A stretch of 64,000 nt of DNA from an uncultured delta proteobacterium (lineage in GTDB: Bacteria; Myxococcota; Myxococcia; SLRQ01), in assembly GCA_963727485.1 (NCBI GenBank), contig CAVSGM010000001.1, positions 256,001 through 320,000 on the forward strand, read 5' to 3'. Both the position numbers and the translations under genes were made by a program. This document shows positions 58,832 to 64,000 of this stretch, one piece after another; positions within the stretch are counted from its first letter, which is position 1; every line of letters starts with the position of its first letter. Under the pieces are notes generated by a model, which was not told the origin of the DNA, did no database searches, and saw only the letters and a list, made by a program, of their open reading frames with translations.

Positions 58832-60772
58832 ATGTGCGGTATTGCGGGGATCCTCGACACCCGGGGTGAGGGTGTCGACACCGGCGTCCTGGAGCGGATG
58901 ATCACCACCGTCCGCCACCGGGGGCCGGACGAGGTGGGCGTGCGCACCGACGCGTACCTCGGCCTCGCCCACGCGCGCCTGTCGATCATCGACATCGACG
59001 GCGGCCGCCAGCCCATGTCCATCGACGACGGGCGCCTGTGGATCGCCTTCAACGGCGAGATCTTCAACTTCGTGGAGCTGCGCGAAGAGCTCGAGGCCAG
59101 GGGCCACCGCTTCCGCACCCGCTCGGACACCGAGGTGCTGCTGCGCCTCTACGCCGAGAAGGGCGACGACTTCGTCCACGACCTCAACGGCCAGTGGGCG
59201 CTGGCCATCTGGGACAGCCGGGCCCGCCGCCTGCTCCTCTCCCGGGACCGGGTGGGCATCGTGCCCCTCTACTGGACCCGGGTGGGCGCCCAGCTGGTCT
59301 TCGGCTCCGAGCTCAAGACCCTGCTGGCCCACCCGGACGTCCCCAGGCGCCTCGACCTCGAGGCCCTCGACGAGGTGCTCACCTTCTGGTCCCCGGTGGC
59401 CCCGCGGACCCTCCTCGAGGGCGTGAACGAGCTGCCGCCGGGGACCCAGATGGTCGTCGACGCCGCCGGCCACGTCCGCGAGCGGCGCTACTGGGCCTTC
59501 GCCCCGCGCCCCGACCCGGACCTCGGCGAGCCCGAGGAGATCGCCGCCGAGCTCCGGCGCCTCCTCCTCGACGCCACCCGCATCCGCCTGCGCTCCGACG
59601 TCCCGGTGGGCGCCTACCTCTCCGGCGGCCTCGATTCCTCGGTGATCTCCGCCCTCATCAACGAGGTCCGCGGGGAGCCGCCGAGGACCTTCTCGGTGAC
59701 CTTCTCCGACCACGAGTTCGACGAGGCGCCGTTCCAGGACGACATGGTCCGCCACCTGGGCAGCGACCACCGCCAGGTGGCCATCGGCGCCGGCGACATC
59801 GCCCGGGTCTTCCCCGACGTCATCTGGCACGGGGAGAAGCCCATCCTCCGCACCGCCCCGGCGCCGCTCTTCCTGCTCTCGGAGCTGGTCCACCGCGAGG
59901 GCTACAAGGTGGTGCTCACCGGCGAGGGCTCCGACGAGTACCTGGGCGGCTACGACATCTTCAAGGAGGCCAAGGTCCGGGCCTTCTGGGCGGCGATGCC
60001 CGCCTCGCAGCTTCGCCCCCAGCTCCTCCGGCGCCTCTACCCCTACCTGCCGAGGATGCAGGCCCAGAGCCCGGCGTTCCTCATGGCCTTCTTCCAGGTG
60101 CGCCCCGGGGCCGCCGCCGACCCCTTCTTCTCCCACCAGCCCAGGTGGCAGCTCACCAGCCGCATCAAGCCTTTGCTCTCCGATGCGGTGCGCGCGGATC
60201 TCGGCGATCGCGACGCGGTGGCCGAGCTCTCGACCCGGGTGCCCGCGGACTTCGGGAGCTGGGACCCCTTCTCCCGGGCCCAGTGGCTCGAGGCCACCCT
60301 GCTCATGCCCGGCTACATCCTCTCGTCCCAGGGCGACCGGATGGCCATGGGCCACGCGGTGGAGGGGCGCTTCCCGTTCCTCGATCACCGGGTCATCGAG
60401 CTCGCCGCCCGGATGCCGGTGAAGGTGAAGATGCGCGGCCTCGACGAGAAGCACGTCCTCAAGGCCGCGGCCAAGGGGCTCATCCCCGAGTCGGTGCGCC
60501 GGCGCAAGAAGCAGCCCTACCGCGCCCCCGACGCGGCGAGCTTCTTCGGCGACGGCGCCCCCGAGTGGGTCGACGCGATGCTCTCCGAGACGGCGCTGCG
60601 CGAGGCCGGTCTCTTCAATCCCCGGGCGGTGGCGCACCTCACGGCCAAGGCCCGCGCCGGTCGCGCCGCCGGCGCCCGGGACAACATGGCGCTGGTGGGA
60701 GTCCTCTCCGCCCAGCTCTTCCACGATCAGTTCATCTCCCACAACCGGAGGCTCACCGATGCAGGCCATTGA
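58832..60772 (+). CDS. asnB: Asparagine synthetase-like glutamine-hydrolysing amidotransferase
   Basis: MCGIAG, HRGPD, RLSIID, FNGEIFN, YLSGGLDSS, LTGEGSDE, RFPFLD. Confidence 0.93.
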   Translation: MCGIAGILDTRGEGVDTGVLERMITTVRHRGPDEVGVRTDAYLGLAHARLSIIDIDGGRQPMSIDDGRLWIAFNGEIFNFVELREELEARGHRFRTRSDTEVLLRLYAEKGDDFVHDLNGQWALAIWDSRARRLLLSRDRVGIVPLYWTRVGAQLVFGSELKTLLAHPDVPRRLDLEALDEVLTFWSPVAPRTLLEGVNELPPGTQMVVDAAGHVRERRYWAFAPRPDPDLGEPEEIAAELRRLLLDATRIRLRSDVPVGAYLSGGLDSSVISALINEVRGEPPRTFSVTFSDHEFDEAPFQDDMVRHLGSDHRQVAIGAGDIARVFPDVIWHGEKPILRTAPAPLFLLSELVHREGYKVVLTGEGSDEYLGGYDIFKEAKVRAFWAAMPASQLRPQLLRRLYPYLPRMQAQSPAFLMAFFQVRPGAAADPFFSHQPRWQLTSRIKPLLSDAVRADLGDRDAVAELSTRVPADFGSWDPFSRAQWLEATLLMPGYILSSQGDRMAMGHAVEGRFPFLDHRVIELAARMPVKVKMRGLDEKHVLKAAAKGLIPESVRRRKKQPYRAPDAASFFGDGAPEWVDAMLSETALREAGLFNPRAVAHLTAKARAGRAAGARDNMALVGVLSAQLFHDQFISHNRRLTDAGH

Positions 60773-61022
60773 GACCGAGATCAGGCAGTTCGTGGTGGAC
60801 AACTTCCTCTTCGGCCGGGACGAGCCGAAGCTCCGTCCCGACGACTCCTTCCTCGACGCCGGCGTCATCGACTCCACCGGCGTCCTGGAGCTGGTGAGCT
60901 TCCTCGAGCGTCACTTCGGGATCCAGGTGGACGACGCCGACCTCGTCCCCGAGAACCTCGACTCCATCGCCGGCATCGTGCGCTACGTGTCGGGCAAGCG
61001 CCCCGCGGTGGCCCAGGCCTGA
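60759..61022 (+). CDS. Acyl carrier protein
   Basis: 87 aa, acidic; GVIDSTGVLELV phosphopantetheine Ser motif; PENLDSI. Confidence 0.92.
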   Translation: MQAIETEIRQFVVDNFLFGRDEPKLRPDDSFLDAGVIDSTGVLELVSFLERHFGIQVDDADLVPENLDSIAGIVRYVSGKRPAVAQA

Positions 61023-61030
61023 AGGAGGGC

Positions 61031-62587
61031 GTGATGCTGCTCGAAGGCTTCCTGGAGCAAAGCGCGAGCGCCCGGCCCGACCACCTGGCGCTGGTCGCCG
61101 GCGAGGCGCGGCTGACCTATGCCGAGGTGGAGGCGAGGGCCAACGCGCTCGCCCACGGCCTCCAGGACCTGGGGGTCCGCCGGGGCGACCGGGTGCTCAT
61201 CCACCTGGAGAACGGCGTCGACGCGGTACTGGCGATCTTCGCCACCCTCAAGGCCGGGGCGACCTTCGTGATGGTCAACCCCACGGCCAAGAGCCACCGC
61301 CTCGCCTACCTCCTCGAGGACACCCGGGCCACCGCGCTGTTCACCGACCCCAGAAGGCTCACCGCCACCTCCGGGGCCTGGGCGCTCTCACCCCACCTCC
61401 TCGCGGTGGTGGTCGCCGGCGACCCCGAGGACCCGGTGGGCGCCGACGGCAAGCGCCTCGCGGGCCTCGACGGGCTCCTCGCCGCCTTCCGCGACCGGGC
61501 GGACGCCCCGCCCCCCAAGCGGCACATCGACCAGGACCTCGCCGCCCTCATCTACACCTCGGGCTCCACCGGGAGCCCCAAGGGCGTGATGTCCACCCAC
61601 CGGAACATGCGCTTCGCCGCCCGGTCGATCCTCACCTACCTGGAGAACGTGCCCGAGGACGTCCTCCTCCTGGTGCTGCCGCTGTCCTTCGACTACGGCC
61701 TCTACCAGGTGCTCATGGCGTTCGCCGTGGGGGCCACGGTGGTGGTGGAGCGCGGCTTCACCTACCCCCACGCGGTGTTGAACCGGGCGGTGGCCGAAGG
61801 GGTCACGGGCCTGCCGGTGGTGCCCACGCTCCTGGCGATGCTCCTCGAGCTCGACCTCGAGCGCTACGACCTCTCGAAGCTGCGCTACCTCACCAACACC
61901 GGCGCGGCGCTCCCGGTGGAGCACATCCGCCAGGTGCGCCAGCGCCTGCCGGGGATGCGCGTCTACTCCATGTACGGCCTCACCGAGTGCAAGCGCGTGG
62001 CCTACCTCCCGCCCGAGGAGATCGACGCCCGCCCCGGCTCGGTGGGCCGGGCCATCCCCGGCACCGAGGTCTACCTGGTCGACGACGAGGGCCACCGCCT
62101 CGGCCCCGGGCAGGTGGGCCAGCTGGTGGTCCGCGGCAGCCACGTGATGCGCGGCTACTGGGAGCGCCCGGAGGACACCGACCGGGTCTACCGCCCGGGC
62201 CCCATCCCCGGCGAGAAGGTGCTCCACACCGGCGACCTCTTCCGCCAGGACGACGAGGGCTTCCTCTACTTCGTCGGCCGGCGCGACGACATCATCAAGT
62301 CCCGGGGCGAGAAGGTCAGCCCCCGGGAGGTGGAGGACGTGCTCCACGCCATGCCCGGCATCGCCGAGGCGGCGGTGGTCGGCGTCCCCAATCCCTTCCT
62401 CGGCCAGGCGGTGAAGGCGGTGGTCCGGGCGGTCCCCGGCGCCACCCTCACCGAGCCCGAGGTCCGTGCTCACTGCCGCCGCCACCTCGAGGACTTCATG
62501 GTCCCCTCGTCGGTGGAGGTGGTGGACGAGCTTCCCCGCACGCCCAACGGAAAGATCGACAAGGCGCGTCTCACCCGCGCGCCTTGA
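61031..62587 (+). CDS. Class I adenylate-forming enzyme (acyl/aminoacyl-ACP ligase)
   Basis: YTSGSTGSPKG, FDYGLYQ, MYGLTE, TGD, GRRDDIIK, NGKID. Confidence 0.92.
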   Translation: MMLLEGFLEQSASARPDHLALVAGEARLTYAEVEARANALAHGLQDLGVRRGDRVLIHLENGVDAVLAIFATLKAGATFVMVNPTAKSHRLAYLLEDTRATALFTDPRRLTATSGAWALSPHLLAVVVAGDPEDPVGADGKRLAGLDGLLAAFRDRADAPPPKRHIDQDLAALIYTSGSTGSPKGVMSTHRNMRFAARSILTYLENVPEDVLLLVLPLSFDYGLYQVLMAFAVGATVVVERGFTYPHAVLNRAVAEGVTGLPVVPTLLAMLLELDLERYDLSKLRYLTNTGAALPVEHIRQVRQRLPGMRVYSMYGLTECKRVAYLPPEEIDARPGSVGRAIPGTEVYLVDDEGHRLGPGQVGQLVVRGSHVMRGYWERPEDTDRVYRPGPIPGEKVLHTGDLFRQDDEGFLYFVGRRDDIIKSRGEKVSPREVEDVLHAMPGIAEAAVVGVPNPFLGQAVKAVVRAVPGATLTEPEVRAHCRRHLEDFMVPSSVEVVDELPRTPNGKIDKARLTRAP

Positions 62588-62599
62588 GGAGGTGACCCG

Positions 62600-63652
62600 A
62601 TGACCACCCAGCGCTTCTCCCCCGACGTCCTCGAGCTCGACACCGCCAAGGAGACCGCGCGGATCGTCGACGCCATTCGCGACCAGGTCTTCGCCACCCT
62701 CCACAAGAAGGGCGTGGTGGTGGGGCTCTCAGGCGGCATCGACTCCTCGGTGACCGCGGCGCTGTGCGCCCGGGCGCTGGGCCCCGAGCGGGTGGTGGGC
62801 CTGCTCATGCCCGAGGGCGAGAGCGCCGGCGACACCCTGCGCCTCTCGCACCTGGCCGCCGCGCGCATCGACGTCGCCACCGTCCTCGAGGACATCACCA
62901 TGATCCTCGAGGCCACCGGCTGCTATCGCCGCCGCGACACCGCCATCCGCAAGGTGATGCCCGAGTACGGCCCCCTCTACCGGGCGACCCTCGCCCACTC
63001 CAACGTCCTCGACCACGACGGGATGCTCACCTACAGCCTCCTGGTCGCCGACCCCGAGGGCAACCGCAGCCACCGCCGGCTCACCCCCGAGGCGTTCCTG
63101 GAGATCGTCGCCGCCACCAGCTTCAAGCAGCGGGTGCGCAAGATGATGGAGTACCACCACGCCGACCGCCTCGGCTTCGCCGTCGCCGGGACCCCCAACC
63201 GCCTGGAGTACGACCAGGGCTTCTTCGTGAGGAACGGCGACGGGGCCGCCGACCTCAAGCCCATCGCCCACCTCTACAAGACCCAGGTCTACGCCCTGGC
63301 CGAGTACCTGGCGGTGCCCGAGGAGATCCGCGCCCGGCCGCCGACCACCGACACCTACCCCCTGGAGGCGTCCCAGGACGAGTTCTTCTTCCCCCTGCCC
63401 TACAAGGAGATGGATCTCACCATGTGGGGCCTCGACCACTCGGTGCCCGCCGGCGAGGTGGCCGAGGTCATCGGCAAGACCGAGAAGCAGGTGGCGAGGG
63501 TCTACCGGCACATCCAGCAGCGCCGGGTGGCGACCCGGAGCCTGCACCTGGCGCCCCTGACCGTGGAGCCGGTGCTCGCCGAGCTCCCGGCGAAGGACGG
63601 GCCCCGGCGCGCCGGCCGGCCGGCGGGCAACGGCGCACATCTGAGGACCTAG
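62600..63652 (+). CDS. nadE: NH3-dependent NAD+ synthetase-like protein
   Basis: GLSGGIDSS PP-loop, FKQRVRK, GTPNRLE, GDGAADLKPIAHLYKTQV. Confidence 0.85.
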   Translation: MTTQRFSPDVLELDTAKETARIVDAIRDQVFATLHKKGVVVGLSGGIDSSVTAALCARALGPERVVGLLMPEGESAGDTLRLSHLAAARIDVATVLEDITMILEATGCYRRRDTAIRKVMPEYGPLYRATLAHSNVLDHDGMLTYSLLVADPEGNRSHRRLTPEAFLEIVAATSFKQRVRKMMEYHHADRLGFAVAGTPNRLEYDQGFFVRNGDGAADLKPIAHLYKTQVYALAEYLAVPEEIRARPPTTDTYPLEASQDEFFFPLPYKEMDLTMWGLDHSVPAGEVAEVIGKTEKQVARVYRHIQQRRVATRSLHLAPLTVEPVLAELPAKDGPRRAGRPAGNGAHLRT

Positions 63653-63664
63653 GCGGGCCAGACC

Positions 63665-64000
63665 TCACTTGGCCAGGTAGGGGCGCACCAGCCCCCCGGG
63701 GTGGCGGAGGATCCGCGCGGCGAAGGCCAGCGACGGCAGGGGATCCGCCGGGTCGTGGACGATGTCCACGTGGGGCCGGCGCCGGGCCTCGAGGTAGGCG
63801 CCGAGGCGCGCCCGGCGCCCGGGCCCCCGGGCCACGCCCACCCACTGGCCCACGTGCCAGGGGATGCCGTTGACGAAGACCTCGGGCCCCCCGGCGGCCT
63901 CGGCGGTCGCCGCGACCTGGCCCAGGGTGGCGCGGTACCAGATGAGGGGCAGGTCCACCTGCCGGGCCACGTCGAAGCGGATCTGGCCGTGGGCCCGGGG
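63665..64000 (-). CDS. C-terminal part of a probable ATP-grasp carboxylate-amine ligase (5' end beyond the window)
   Basis: PRAHGQIRFDVARQVDLPLIWY and DPADPLP resemble the tail of D-aspartate-ligase-like ATP-grasp proteins. Confidence 0.5.
   Translation of the reverse strand, partial: PRAHGQIRFDVARQVDLPLIWYRATLGQVAATAEAAGGPEVFVNGIPWHVGQWVGVARGPGRRARLGAYLEARRRPHVDIVHDPADPLPSLAFAARILRHPGGLVRPYLAK

Overview
Very GC-rich bacterial chromosomal DNA. The gene content (Hanks kinase with HRDVSPQN, DUF2381-like protein, STAS gene inside the dcw cluster) suggests Myxococcota or a related deltaproteobacterium. Left to right: a CFI-box-CTERM/Yip1-like/TlpA operon; otsAB; a 7Fe ferredoxin; an SDR; a GldA/F/G-like ABC system with a DUF4340 protein; a TraN/VirB9-like (DUF2381-type) gene convergent with a Ser/Thr kinase whose C-terminal domain looks like TraM/VirB10; a complete dcw cluster (mraZ to ftsZ); a HAD hydrolase; a roughly 6 kb array of unknown paralogous membrane proteins sharing a 26-bp upstream element; an MFS transporter, small OMP, thioesterase, beta-propeller lipoprotein, HTH regulator lacking WYL and a degenerate ComEC-like protein; glgE-treS-malQ-glgB; and a GNAT-asnB-ACP-adenylation enzyme-nadE cassette. 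Several small frameshifts fall in essential genes (murF, ftsA, ftsZ) and are most likely assembly errors. The best candidate for an undescribed system is the kinase-VirB10 fusion plus VirB9-like partner at 11068-13996, which has no other T4SS genes in the window. All family calls are from motif recognition by eye; no searches were run.
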